Part shown: positions 25,763 to 39,700 of the stretch, in pieces
Layout of the letters: each line of letters opens with the position of its first letter
How positions within the stretch are numbered: position 1 is the first letter of the stretch
Origin: Octopus sinensis
Taxonomy: Eukaryota
Assembly (NCBI RefSeq): GCF_006345805.1
Contig: NC_043005.1
Coordinates: 39,928,001 to 39,992,000, forward strand
Direction of reading: 5' to 3'
Length of the DNA stretch: 64,000 nucleotides
Notes under the pieces: generated by a model
Databases searched by the model: none
The model's input: the letters and a program-made list of their open reading frames with translations, nothing else
Told to the model about the DNA's origin: nothing
Position numbers and translations under genes: made by a program

Positions 25763-26139
25763 AAAATCTTAAGGAAATCAAAAATAACACCTTCCCCACT
25801 TCTCCCAGTACATGGAAATAATGGACACTGTTTTCTATTAACACCTACTTTATAAACAGTAAAGAGAATTGAGAGTTAAGTAGAAATTAGACTACCTGTT
25901 GCTAACATCATACTCAAAACAACTCACAACTCTCCAGACTTTGTTACACAATTACTCCAGCTCTACATCTACGATCTGTGTCAGCAAAAAAAACTTTCTC
26001 CAAAACAGACTTAAAATATCACTTTCAAAGTCTACCATCTCATTTCTTATCAGTACCTTCTATTATTGCTCTGGTCAGATAAAAGCCTTGTGATTGGATT
26101 TTATAGACATACACTAAAAGAATCCCAGTGTGTGCACGC

Positions 26140-26185
<46 letters not shown>

Positions 26186-26389
26186 ATGTCTCCCTTTACG
26201 TGATTATTGTAAATGAATGTCCCTGTCATACAAGCAGTTTTTCCCAATCTTTTGTGAAGCATGTCTGGCCATGGATGAATATTAGCCTACCTGGAAAGAA
26301 GTCAATGTTGGTTACAGATTCAATATTCAAACCATAGAAAATTTGCCTCAACAAATTGTCTGACCAATGGAAGCATGTTTAATAGAGAA

Positions 26390-26990
26390 AGTAGTATTTG
26401 AGTGTGACTGATGTGCAGGAACAATAGACACTAAGAACACAGGAAATAAATTTTCTCAAATACCCAGGGAAATCATTAGAAGCAGTAAACAGTTTCTTTT
26501 TACCCAGGTGACAAAATTAGTAGTGGAGGTGGGTGCTCTGAAAGCATAGTTGATTGAATTAGAACTAGCTGTGCAAAGTTCAGAGAGCTGTTACTTTTAT
26601 TGATAACAAAGATCCGCTCCCTCAGAATGAAGGACAGTTTGTTACTTGTGTATGAACAGCAGTGTGACATGGTAGTGAAACATGGGCTGTGAATGCAGAC
26701 AACATGTAGGTACTAGAAAGAGATGAAGCCAGCATGCTCTGCTGGATGTGCAATGTCAATGAACATATACAACTTGGTATAAATGTGTTGAGAGAAAAAC
26801 TGGGTATAAGAGGAATAAGATGTAGTGTGAAAGAGAGAAGACTTTGCTGGTTTGGTCATGCAATGTATATGGATAGACACAGCTGTACAAAGAAGTATCA
26901 ATCTCTAAATGTGAAGGGAAAACCTGTGGAAAGGGAAGACATAGGAAGACATGGGACAATGTGGTGAAAGATGATCTGTAGATGTTTGTT
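26390..26990 (+). mobile_element. Decayed RTE (BovB-like) LINE fragment
   Basis: KFRELL...HGSETWAVNA...LERDEASMLCWMCN...LREKLGIRGIRCSVKERRLCWFGH. CpG-depleted. Confidence 0.8.
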
Positions 26991-28369
26991 GAGAAGAAAG
27001 GCCATCACTTTAGTGCCATTTCAGATTTTGCTGTTTGTACACAATCTGAACAGATGATACATAACATTTCACCCACCCCTGTTAATCCACTACTCAGGAG
27101 TGGTACTTTTTCATCAACACTGAAAGGATGAACGGTGAAGTTGTTCTTGGTGGGATTTGAACCTAGAGCACAGGGAAATAGAACAAGTATTACAAGTCAT
27201 TCTGTCCAACATGCTAATGACTGCCAATTCACCACCATAGGAAGCTGAAATAGAAGCTGAAATGTATCCTACTGAACTTTAAATTTTTACCCCAATCTTT
27301 TACTAGGTTCAGCCTATTATTTTGTTTGTTAGATTCTAAAAATAATACATTCTAGATACATTTAAGATTGACATCTTTCCATCCTATGCAAAAAAAAATA
27401 AACAAAGATTAAATTAGGGTAATGATAGTAAGGTATTTTAATGTTATCAATATCATTATCAGCGACTTTTTAACTTTGTACGCAAACACTACCAATCAGT
27501 GATGTACATTTAGTCTTTGATTCATTTTAAAGAGATAGATAATAACATCATTAATATTTTTCCATAAAACAAAGAAAACATTTTTTTTTAATTAGCTCAG
27601 TTAATGATCACACAACAGAATGATGTTCAAAGGTAAATACTATTTTATATAAATGTTTTATTTATATTTACATTCAATATTTCATTTTGTGCCAAACCTT
27701 GGAGAAAGCATGGAATACAAAGTTGAAGAAAATGTTTCCAATTTTGAAGACAAATTTATTTTATATTCTTTCATTACATTTTTATATTGATCTTCAATCC
27801 TATCTTTCTGCAAATTTAGTCCAAATATTTTCAAGCCATCTTGCTCTGTATATGCACTACAATTTCAGCAAAGAAAGTGTCACAGTGCCATGTCATCTCA
27901 AACATAATGCAGCTTTCCCTTTTTGTACCTAAAAATCCATAATATATTTTGTCCTCTTTTTTTTAACACTTAATTATGATGTTGCCCACCAACTAATTTT
28001 GACTCTGATGATTTGTATTAAATTTTTCACATCTTACATAAGTAAATTCAGTAATATCCCTTTATGTCCCCTTTTATCATCTGTCCATATTGAAATTTAG
28101 TAAAAACAAGACAAAAAATTGTCACTTCTCCAGCTCAATATCTCTCTTTCTGCTTTCTATATAATATGTTGCTTCTCTATATAATGTGTTGGTTCAGTTA
28201 TTCTAATATGTATAAGGTGAATCTTATTTTGTATTTTATTCTTTCTTCACAAGCATCTTTTATTTCTTCATAAACAATACACTGAAGTTGTAATTTTAAT
28301 TTATTAAACATTGCAGGCTTGCTATATCAGAAAATGTTTGTGCTCACATTACAATTAAGTCTTCATGCA

Positions 28370-28767
28370 CAGGGCTAGATTAAGCCCTAAGTACTTAAAA
28401 GATTTTGGTGCCCCCTTTTATAATTCAAAATATAAACAGTATTAAACCATAAAATAAATTTTTATTTTTCAAAATGAAACAAAACTAACAGTAAGATGGA
28501 AAATAATGTTTATTTTTGTATAGTTCCACTTTATTTATATTTGAAAAGTTTCCTGCTACTTTTTTTAAATGTAAAGTCTTTGACCAGATACTTACTATGA
28601 CATCATAAACCAATTCATATAAAGCAATACAAATATTATTTTAGCAAGTTTAAAGTAATTTCTTTTGTGCTGTAAACTATTACCATTTCTATGGTGCCCC
28701 TGCTTCCCTTGATGCCCTAAGCACATGCTAATTTTTTTCGATTGCCTAATGATTTAATCCAGCACTG
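28370..28767 (+). mobile_element. hAT-type MITE with 8-bp TSD
   Basis: TIRs cagggctagattaa and ttaatccagcactg. TSD ttcatgca (28362-28369) and ttcatgga (28768-28775). Confidence 0.8.
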
Positions 28768-29489
28768 TTCATGGAGCATGTGTATCTTGATAATTTTTTG
28801 CTGGTCATTCTATTATTATGTCATTCAATGTTCATTAACAGCAAAATAAATAAATAGTTTCTTATTAGCTAAGTCTTTTAGTCGCAATTAAACCTTGTGT
28901 CTCAGATAAAATCCAATAAGATTAATTGCATGTTTGGGATTGCCATTGCACTGCAAAGGATCAAACATACTCATCACTGTAATTAATATCTAATGAATTC
29001 TAAAATATTTGAAGTAATTTCTAATTGTTCCAATTTCATTTTTGACTAAGATTAGTCATTTAGAAAATTATGTCTCTCATTAAAAATATTACAATTTTGA
29101 TTAATTGAATTTTCTTGCTTAGTAGATCAAATATGCTAGTGTTCACATTATTACTGAGTTTCTCTGTCATAGGCTCCCATGGGTAATTTGTTCCGGTATT
29201 TTCTTTTAACTTATGCCATTTTGTATGATCCATGAAATAACTATTTATTTCAAGTCCTTCTAAGACTTGAAATAAATAACTGTTGTTGTTGTTGTTGTTG
29301 CTGTTGCTGTTGTTGCTGTTTTTGTTGTTGTTGTTGTTGTTGTTATTGCTGTTATTGCTGCTATTGTTGTTGTTGTTGTTGTTGCTGTTGTTGCTGCTGT
29401 TGCTGTTGCTGCTGCTGTTGTTGTTGTTGTTGCTGCTGCTATTGCTGTTGTTGTTGTTGTTGTTGTTGCTGCTGTTTCTGGTCTTGTTG

Positions 29490-29830
29490 TTATTATTATT
29501 ATTCAGGTTACTGCCTGGAATCGAACTCAGAATCTTGGGGTTAGTAGCCCACGCTCTTAACCACAATACCATATGCTCATGGGCAATTATGGAGTGAATT
29601 CTAGGGCAGTGACCTGAATAATAATAATAACAATAACATCAAAAAATACCTTAGGAATGAGAACCCAGGTTCTAAATTTTCCCAAGACACCTGATGAAGG
29701 CTGGAAGATATATCAGCCAAAACAAGACGAGGACAAATATCCGTCAAATGTAAACAATGTAAATAATGTACATAATTCCTCATCTCTTGAATATAGAACC
29801 ATATTTAGTTATTTTGAATTGTGGCTCTGC
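29490..29830. mobile_element. tRNA-headed, Penelope-like repeat with inverted arms and a broken hammerhead core
   Basis: Minus-strand tRNA-like head at about 29510-29575. Inverted arms gcagtRacctgaataataat at about 29500-29520 and 29607-29630. CTGATGA-A-GGCTG-loop-CAGCC-AAAAC at 29691-29723. Confidence 0.55.
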
Positions 29831-29869
29831 TTTTCTCATGAGAATTGGTCATTTGGAAAAAATTTTTTT

Positions 29870-30680
29870 TCTTAAATCATTTACTTTCAGTCATACATGC
29901 ACACTAGCATTGCACATCCAACAGAGCATGCTAGCTTCATTTCTTACAAGCCTTCACATGTCCATGTTTCATTGTCATGTAACATAGCTATTTGTACACA
30001 GGTATCATACACTCCACCTTTCACTCTGAGGGAGAGGCCCTTTGTTGTCAACAAAAGTAGTAGCTCTCAGAACTTTACCCAGCGAGTTCTTATTCTAGCA
30101 ACTATTCTTTCAGAGCATCTTTCTCTACTGTTAACTTGGTTACCTAAGTAATAGAAACTATACCTTCTACTTTAACTATCAACTACTATCAACTACAGAT
30201 ATTTGAGGGAGTTTATTTTCTGTACATTCTTAGTGTTCATTGTACCTACACACATCTGCCACATACAAAAAACTATTTTCTCTATTAACCTTCCTATGAT
30301 ACCACTGCACCTCTTATGTGTCCATAGCTTGCATTGGGTACACCATATTGAGTTTCTACCACCACCTTTTCTACATATTAAGCAGAACCATCTCCCTGAA
30401 AGGATCAGTGATTTATTTGTTTTCCTACTCACATGGCTTTTGTCTTTACTAAATTAACTCTTAAGTCCCTTGGATTCTAGACCATACTTCCACACCTGAA
30501 ATTTCTTCTCTTGTTCAGGTAGTGATTCAGTATAAAAACAAGGTCATCAGTATAGAGGAGTTCCCAAAGGGCAACCAGTCTTAAATTCCTCTTTAATAGC
30601 CTGGAGTACTATGGGGAACAAGAAGGGGCTGAGAACTGACTTTTGGTGAACTCCTACTTCTACACTTACTACTGAATTTC
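29870..30680 (-). mobile_element. Decayed RTE LINE fragment
   Basis: CRKGGGRNSIWCTQCKLWTHKRCSGI and an RT segment resembling SVLSPLLF...ELLYxDDLV on the minus strand. Confidence 0.8.
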
Positions 30681-31299
30681 CTATTCAATCACTTTTAGTT
30701 AATTAAAGTTTCATCTTATCTCTTGCTTTATTTTTCACAAATTTTGTCATTTAAAAAACTATCATTAAGTTCCTTACATCAATTATAATTAGTCCACCTG
30801 AGTTTGGATTAATTAAAATTAATTCAGATTTCTTGGTTTAATCTGTGAAGTATGCAAGCGACTTCATTTGTGTTTAATCTTCTAACAGTAAGCAACCCTG
30901 AGTCATTTTTTTTTATAATCACTCATGAGAGAAAAAAAAACATCATCCCTCACCATTTTAGTATATTGAAGTCAGTTACATTATGCTCCACTAATAAATT
31001 CTAATATACCAGGAATTATCAAATGGTCGCCCATTTCATTCTATATGTAATTAATTTGAATTAACTGAAATTTCAGGTTGTTTCCCTTGCTTATTTTGAC
31101 CAGAGTTAGCCACTTAGAATATGCTTGTTCTTATCACTAAAATTTCCTAACTTCCTAACTTACTGCCCACTTGGTTATTAAAGTTCTATGTAGCAAGTAA
31201 ACCCAGGTAATTTTTGACAATTATTCATTTTTCATTTTAATACCATCCGGTTTAAATTCATTAAAAAACTACTACTACTACTACTACTACACACACACA

Positions 31300-31990
31300 T
31301 CTATAAGGTCGAGAGAATAAGATGGATGAGGAATTTTTTCTCAACCAAGCTTTTTGATCTTCTGTGATGTGATCTTCTTAACATTTTGATAGAAGATCCA
31401 TTTTTCATCACTAGTCACAAGTCTATCCAAAAAGAGTGAAATGGGTTCACGAGAATGGAAAGAAGAACAGATGTCAACTCAAGATTTGCGGTTGCTTTCG
31501 GATACTTCATGAGGCACCCATTTTCCAAGTTTAGGAACCTTTCCAAGTTGTTGAAGATGACAATGAACAGTTGCATGGTTTAAAGTAAGCTTTATTGCCA
31601 ATTCTTCAACTGATAATGCAAGATTTTCTTCAAGTAATGCCTCAAGGAGCTTATCATCAAACTCAACTGGACGCCCTGTTCAATCTTCATCTTCAAGGCT
31701 GAAATCTCCACTTCTGAATTTTGCAAACCATCTTCTGCAAGCTCTTTCATTCATTCAAGCATTCTTCCTCATAAACTGAGTGTATGTTTCAAGTCGCTTT
31801 GGCTGCAGAGTTTCCTCTTTTGTATTCATAAAGCATTATATGCCTCAAATGCTCTTTGGATATTTCCATGTTAGAAAGGTTTTTAATCAAAGAAATTTTA
31901 ATTCTATTATTCTGTAAAATGATATTTAATGAGTTTAAATGTACACAAATGCATAAAAGTAATTTTTAATTCCATTAGACATTCTAAAAT
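31300..31990 (-). mobile_element. Decayed mariner (Mos1-like) deletion derivative
   Basis: Minus strand has WFAKFRSGDFSLEDED...GRPVEFDDKLL-like N-terminal HTH text and the C-terminal W..VIEK..SSIK-like end. Confidence 0.65.
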
Positions 31991-32416
31991 ACTTTTAAAT
32001 TTCATTCAATTTTAAAAAAGGTAAAATCCGACAGAACTTATGGGATGACCTGATATATGTCACCAGCATGGGAGACAGCCAGGGGACACTGGCCACAGCT
32101 ACAATATTGGTTTTATTGGACTCAACAAGTCTTCTCAAGCATATCATATTGCACAACGCATCAGGGGTACTCTTAACTGGACCGCACATACATGGCTGCG
32201 GTCTCACTTTAGTTTCCGAGTCTTCTCAATCACAGCATATCTCCAAAGGACTCAGTCTCCTGTCAGTTGAGTATGGTGCTGCTACACCAATCATTGGGTA
32301 TGACTCCTTCATGAACTACCTGATTTATGGCACGGGTGACAAGACCATAGCCCACACTGCCCGATATTTTAACCATCTCAATGATGATTTCTGCATTACT
32401 ACTTGAAATCCTGTTG

Positions 32417-32446
<30 letters not shown>

Positions 32447-32450
<4 letters not shown>

Positions 32451-33075
32451 GGTAAGTTAAAAATTATCTGCAGTTTTGCCATAACATATCATTATTATTG
32501 TCACACTGCCTTCTGCACATGCACATTTATAGTTTGTACTATTGTGGTCAGGTGTGATCGAAGTTTTAGTATGATTCACACCATTTTTTTACTTAGTTTT
32601 ACAGTGTAAGCATGGCTGCTCTAGTAGCAATGTGTACCAAAGAAGAACAAAGAGCAGTGATCTGATTTCTCTGGTTAAAAAGTATGTCAGGCACTAAAAT
32701 TCATCAGAGGCTTTTAGCACACTATGGGGACAGCACACTACTGTGTAAAAGTGTGTATGAGTGGATTGAGAAGTTTAAAACAGGATGCATGAAGAGGGAG
32801 CAGAATGCCCATCAACCTCCACCACTGACAGGAAGATTCAGCAAGCTCAAGCTTCACCATTACCATCTCTTTGATCACTACCACTTATTCTTCTTTGATG
32901 CACATTGCTAGTAAAGTGGTCATGCTTACACTGTAAGACCAGAAAGAAAACTGATTCAAACTTCGATCATGTGACCACAATAGTACCAGCTATAAGCACA
33001 CATGCACAGAAGGCAGTGTGACAATAACAAAGATATGTTATGGCAAAAGTGCAGATAATTTTTGACTTCCACTTT
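32447..33075 (+). mobile_element. Internally deleted mariner with both TIRs
   Basis: TIRs gagggtaagttaaaaattatctgca and tgcagataatttttgacttcc. MAALVAMCTKEEQRAV...KSVYEWIEKFKTG HTH region. Confidence 0.75.
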
Positions 33076-33085
33076 AACATATATA

Positions 33086-33905
33086 CAGGGTGTGGTGAAT
33101 AGGTTGTCGTCTAGATTACACAAAAATGAAAATAACACTGACATCTCATTTTAACAGATATATTTACCAAAATTACTTCAAAATATCTTGAAATACTAAA
33201 GAGTACATTTATTCAATAAAATCGCCATTGGCTTCGACCACAGCCTTCAGACAACTTCAGAATCTTCTGCAACTCTTCTGGACAGTCTCCTTGTTTAAGT
33301 TGGTGAATGCTGCTATAATCCTTGCCTTCAGTTCATCTTTGGTGTTACAAAGAATTTTGTTGGTCTCTCACTTGACTGCACCCCACACATAATAATGAAG
33401 GGGGTTGAAGTCTGGGGAGTTAGGTAGCAAGATGTTAAGAGTGATGTGGTCACAGAAATCGTCTGACAGCAATGATTGGGTTCTCCTGTTTGAGTGGCAT
33501 AGTGCAGAATCCTGGTCTTCCAGCAGCCACTCTCTTGGCCCAGAGCAGCACTACCTCCACCAAGCACTTGATGTAGGCCTCCATGTTGAGTATGAGGCCG
33601 TGTGAGAAGATGAATGGAGGCATAATGTCACCATCACTAGTGATCATTACAAACATGATGTTGACTGGATGTTTGATTTTTATCACTCTCGGTACATGTT
33701 TTGGAGACACGGCAAGCCAATAGTTGTTCTGTGTGTTCACCATCTGATCCTGACAGAAATTTTTCTCCTCTGAGAAAAACCAAAGTATGTTTGGTTGGTG
33801 GGGATGCTTGCGTTTGTTCAAAAGCTTCGTAGTACAGTCTTTCCTCCTGTCCTTGATGGCTTGGAATAAAAATTGGCTCTTTCTTATCTTGTATGAGGAA
33901 TACTA
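33086..33905 (-). mobile_element. Decayed maT/DD37D-like transposon
   Basis: ta|cagggtg terminus. ORF 33450-33821 (WFFSEEKNFCQDQMVNTQNNYWLA...KHPVNIMFVMITSDGDIMPPFIF). Truncated by an RTE fragment. Confidence 0.85.
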
Positions 33906-34420
33906 AATGTCTTCATGCACTACCTGCCTGATAAGAAACTTTACTTATCTTGATGCATCTTCTCAAGGACAGCAAATAGCCACAACTCCTAGTCCCTTGA
34001 CATTTCCTCACTGGGGCCCAGTGCTGAAGATCCTTTCTCACCATTTTGCCCCAAACGTTTTTAGGTTTAGCCTTTCCACAGGTTCTCTCCACAATTAGAG
34101 ACTGGCATTTCTTTACACAGCTGTCCTCATCCATACACATTACATGACCAAGTGAGTGCAGTCTTCTCTCTTGTGCACATCTGATGCCTCTAATATTCAG
34201 TTTTCTTTTTAAATCATTTACACTCTGTCATTTGTACATACTGATATCACCCATCCAGCAGAGCAGACTAGCTTCATTTCTTTCAGGCCTTTGCAAGTCC
34301 TCTGTAGTCATAACCCATGTTTCACTGTTATTTAACATAGCCATATGTACACCGGCATCATATAATCTGCCTTTCAGTCTGAGGGCAAGGCCCTTAGTTA
34401 CCAACAAACCAACAAATGCA
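33906..34420 (-). mobile_element. Decayed RTE LINE 3' fragment
   Basis: MDEDSCVKKCQSLIVERTCGKAKPKNVWGK resembles the RTE C-terminus seen in other copies. Confidence 0.75.
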
Positions 34421-34445
34421 GAAGCTCTCTTGCTCTCTCAATATA

Positions 34446-34483
<38 letters not shown>

Positions 34484-34504
34484 ACATACACACCTATATA
34501 TGTA

Positions 34505-34710
34505 TACAAGGGGGTGCTGAAAAGTTCCTGGTGTTAAGGTATCACAAAAGGCCTGATTGGAGGCCCGATCTTCTCAGTCCTTTTACAAGGCTTACAAAAA
34601 CTGAATAAGTGTGAGCATCTGAGAGGGGAATATGTTGAATAAAATCATAATTAACTGATCCTCCTGTATTTTCTTTTACACAAAGCTAGGAACTTTACAG
34701 GACCCTCGCA
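34505..34710 (+). mobile_element. mariner-derived MITE
   Basis: TIRs caagggggtgctgaaaagttcc and ggaactttacaggaccctcg. Inverted second copy at 55628-55864. Confidence 0.7.
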
Positions 34711-34749
34711 TATATACTCTTTATGCATGTTTGGGCTGGAAAGTTCATA

Positions 34750-35890
34750 GCCTGACTATAAAGGAGTGATGCTAGGTCTGTGAAACCTTTCATGCATTAA
34801 GTTCAGCTCTTCTAAGTAACAAATGTATTGTTTCTTTCCAGGTAGACTGACATCTGACTGTTGAAAGAACACTTCAAAAGTAACTAGTAGCAACTTCTCT
34901 TGAAAATGAACAATATTTGGCATTGTGGTGTTATCAAGCCCCCAACATGGATGACATGGTTGTGGTTGCCTCATTAGGGGATGATGCTCAAGCTTTATCA
35001 ACAGTGCAAAAGTGGCCAGCTGAGTTTAGGAGGGGAAAGGAGAGCATGAAGATAAACCAGTGTCTGAACGTCCTGCCACTGCCACCACTGAGGAAAAGAT
35101 TGATCATGTTTGCTACATGCTGATGGATGACAGGAAATTAATTATAAATCTAATAGCCAATGCTATTAATATATCTCATGAGAGAGTTGAGAATTTTCTG
35201 CATAAGGAACTTGGCATGGCAAAGGTTTCTGTTTGGTGGTTGCCATGTCCTCTGATACCTGATTAAAAGCATACTAGGCTGATCACATAGAGGGGAAATT
35301 TGACATTATTTGAGATAGATCCTTCTGGCTTCCTTGGACGTTTTGTAAGCCAGGATGAGTGTTGGGTTCAAAGAGACAATCCATGCAGTGGAAACACCCC
35401 TCTTCTCCCACTTCAAAAGAGGCCAAGGTCATTTCATCTGCAGAGAAGATGATGGCCTCAAGTTTTTGGGAATCAAAAGGCACGGCATTCATTGACTATC
35501 TTCAAAAGGGCCACACCATCAATGGAGAATTCTATGCCAATTTGCTGAGGCACTTATAAAAGGCTACCAAGACCAAATGCCCATGAAATCTCATGAAAGG
35601 GGTCATATTTCGTCAGGACAATGTTCCAGTACACAAGTCGCTGGTTTCAATGGCTACTGTGCATAACTGTGGCTTTGAACTGATTGATCACCCTCCCTAT
35701 TCTCCTGATTTGGTCCCATCTGTCTATCATCTGTTCCCCAACATGAAAAAACACTTGGCTGGGAACCAGCATTGCAGTGATGATGACGTCATATCTGCTG
35801 TTGATGATATTTTTGACCAACTGGATTAAGCTAATGGAATCCAAGCATTGCAGCATTGATGAAAGAAGTGTATGGATCAAGAGGGTTGTT
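34750..35890 (+). mobile_element. Decayed mariner (DD34D-type) transposon
   Basis: QKWPAEFRRG, RPATATTEEKID, QSMQWKHPSSPTSKEAKVISSAEKMMASSFWESKG, FRQDNVPVH, HPPYSPDLVPS. Confidence 0.9.
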
Positions 35891-36729
35891 ATTCTTAACA
35901 GATGAGTTTTAATGCAACTAAATTGTACCTGGAGTTTTCACTTAAAGATATGATTCAATTTCCAAGTTTTATGTCATTTCCTCTACTTTTTTCTTTACCA
36001 GAATAAACCATGTGGACAACAAATGGCCTCATTACTAAAGTTGTAATTTTAATTTAGTAAAATCTCCTGGTTTACTTATCCTTGCCATCACAGTACATCC
36101 ACATTTCATGTACCAGTTATGCCTGGGTAACTTTTATCACATATTCTTTTTAGTTATTGCACCAGTCTATGTTCCCTTGTGAACAAAACTACATCACTTT
36201 AGTCAGTCTAAGATCTAGTTATTATAGTTGGACCCTCTTCGTTGTTGAGGGCTAATAAAACTAAAACATGCCCCATATTGTGAAAGATCAGACAAACTCC
36301 CATCTGCATTCTGTATTTAATTGAATTTAATTTATTAAAATTTAATTAATTAAAATTAGCTGGCACCACACTAAAGAGCACCCATCTGATGCCACATAAA
36401 AGAAAGCACCCAGTACAATCTGTAAAGTGGTTGGCATTAGGAACGGCATCGAGCCATAGGATCTTTCCCAAAACAAATGATTGGAACCCGGTGAAGCACT
36501 GTAGCTTGCCAGCTCCTACCAAACCTTCCAACCCATACCAGAATGGAAAATGAACGTTAAATGATGGTGGTGGTGGTGGTGGTGGTGGTGGTGGTTGTGG
36601 TGGTGGTATGATGAAAATTTATTGGCTTACTACATTGTGTGCTAGATTCTACACTACAACTGAATAACGAACGCACACTATAAGACAAGCAAATGCATTA
36701 ATCAGATATTTATAAAAATTAGCTACAAA

Positions 36730-36763
<34 letters not shown>

Positions 36764-39700
36764 ATGCAAAACAAACAGAAAATGAAAACTAGGTGCTGAT
36801 GTACGTGTGTGGTTAAGAAGTTTTCTTCCAAATCACATGGTTTAGGTTCAGTTCCAGTGTGTAGCACATTGAGCAAGTGTATTCTCTAAATCCCAAGCAA
36901 ACCAGAGCCTTGTGAATGAATTTGGTAGACGGAAACTGTTGTGTGCAGATATGTATGTACATCATTATTCAGTTTATATCAAATATTCTTGCCAATAGAG
37001 AAAGAACCAGTTTCTAACCTAGATTCAAGGCTCCTTCATTGGAATTTCAACATCAACAACAGGGCATTTTTGTTTGTATGTATGTATGTTTGTATGTGCA
37101 GATTTGTATGTTTTATGTATGTATTCTCATACATATAGTTGCAAATTTAGACATGCTCATATATATTTAAATGATAAAATTCTGGAAAGTGTGTGGGGGG
37201 GGGAAGAGGTATCTGAGAGAACGAGGTTGTATTTTCCCTCATCACCATGTGTTCACTTGTAAAAAATGGCCTTTCTGTTCATGCAGACTGTGCCGTCTAC
37301 CACAAAAACTTGTCTGGGCTTCTTGCCATATTTTCACATATTGAACAATCTCTCTAAGCAAAGAATACAGTCGTATATCATTGTTTACTTCTAGTTTTCT
37401 GTGTAACCATGTGTGAGCTGTTTATTGTTTGAGAAACAGGAAAATTTATTGCCGTGCATGGAATTGGTATCAGAAAGGATTTCTTTCATCTGATCCACAC
37501 AAACATAGAAAAGTAGACATTAAAATGCTGCTGTTGCTGCTGCTGTTATGATGATGATATTGATGATGATGACGACGACGATGATGACGATGGCGATGAT
37601 GACGACGATGATGACAACGACGATGATGATGGTGACGACGACGATGATGACGACGACAATGATGACGACGACGATGAGGACGACGATGATGACGACGACG
37701 ATGATGATGATGACAATGATGATGATGATGACAATAACAGCAACAACAACAATGATGACAACGACAATGATAATGATAACTAACCTTCCATTTAGTCTAT
37801 GATTGTGACCCTTACCATTCAACATACATCTAAAATTCTATAGCAAAATCTAAAAACTCAAAAACTTTAGGCCTAGAATAAATCTCCAACTCACTCACAC
37901 ATAAAACACCAAGGTCATGAAGACATCACAGCACTCATCGACACTTCTAAAATTTCCCCAAATTTCAAAGTTGGACAAAATTATAACAATTCTAAATTCA
38001 AACAAAAGCACAAGTGAAATAACCCCACACTGACTCATCTCTCTCCCAGATATACTCTAAAAAACTCCAGAAAGGCTAAGCCTTAATATGATTAATCCTT
38101 GCATCCTTCTCTCCAAATCACAGCATGGATTCTTACCTCTACACTCAATCATCTCATTTCTCAAGGACTTCCGTAGAGAGAAAAAATGAGAGCCTCACCA
38201 ACAACAAAAATCCAACACATTTCATTCTAACTACTATCAATATCAAGCAAAGCTTATGACTCCATTCTCTGAAATCCACTTCTTCTTCATCATCATTTAA
38301 CATCTATTTTCCATACTGGGATGGATGGTTTGACAGGAATTGGAGAAGCTGGAGAGCTGCACCAGGTTCCATTGTCTGTTTTCATGGTTTCTGTGGCTGG
38401 ATGCCCTTCCTAACACCAACCACTTTACAGAGTGTACTGGATGCTTTTTATGTGGCACCAACACCAGCGCTTTATAAGTGGAACCAGCACAGGTGTTGTT
38501 TCAAGGGAGGAGTACATGGCAACAAGGGTTGCTAAATAGCTGGCAAGTCAAAGGCCTCTCATGTGAGAGAAGGAGGAGAACCAAAGGAAGTAGCTGTGAA
38601 CTTGTTTTTCACGCCAATTTTCAGAGTGTGTGGTAACCTGCAGACCAGCTCTGCACACTCTCTTGCCAATATAATAGTCATTTTAATTATTACCACTCAA
38701 CTTGGATATGAATGCTACAGAATTATTTCTTCAGTTGCGTTGGCTTGTTGTGGAACTTTATAATACCTGACCAACTTCAATTTTACTTGTACGGTGAAAT
38801 AAAAGACACTATTAAATGTTTGCATGGTGATGTTATATCATTCACACACTGACTCATGTACCCACCAGACATCCCAAATTATCACACATCCTTTTTCAAT
38901 GGAACATATCAAACATCTGATTCCCATGACATAAAACTTTGGCAACCCTCTAACTTTCAGTTTCTATCCTGTGTTTTTTTTTGTTTTGTTTTTTGTCAGA
39001 TATCATTAATTACTCCCTTTTTCTCCCATTCTTTGATCTGGATCTCATTACAAGTTGTCTCATAGAAATTCCTACATCATAATTATCTATCTCCTCCCAT
39101 TCCTCATTGTTGGCATTATGCACAGAAAAGAAATTTTTCAATTTCCTTCCCTTTTTTTTTTAGTTTGTCCACTATCTCTTCTGTCTAATTCTTATCCTGT
39201 TGTCACTAATCGCTACTCTATGTCGAATGATACAGTACTTTGTACCAGCTTATTTTGTTGATAAGACTAGCATAAAATCTGCTTTTGACCTTTGTTATGA
39301 ATATGTCCTTAAATAATATCCTTTTTGTGGTTATTTCTGTTGATGTGATGGTAGCAGTGGTGGTGGTTATCAAGTACAGACCAAGAGTAAAAGAGAAACT
39401 AATGAGATGGTTGAATGATCCACAAAGTCTACTCAAAGTTTTGACCTTTCACCCTTCAGTATAATGATTGTGTAATGGCTTGTAGTGATAAGCTTTTCCT
39501 GGCATTCAAATAAATAAAAATATCATTGTCTCTTATGAAAAGTGGAAATTCTCTCTAGCATATGTGTGAATCAACACATTTCATTAATTCTCATTAACAG
39601 CCTTTACTTTTTACTAGATTCCAAATAAATTTCTTAGTTGATTTTTTTTTTTAATGGTCTAATAAAAGTGATTTTATTCCCTGCCACAGAATCTATTTTT

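Noticed and set aside
27596-27632. Possible small 5' UTR exon (ttttaattag...aag|gtaaat)
   Set aside because: The splice signals are plausible but common in AT-rich DNA, and there is no independent support without RNA data.
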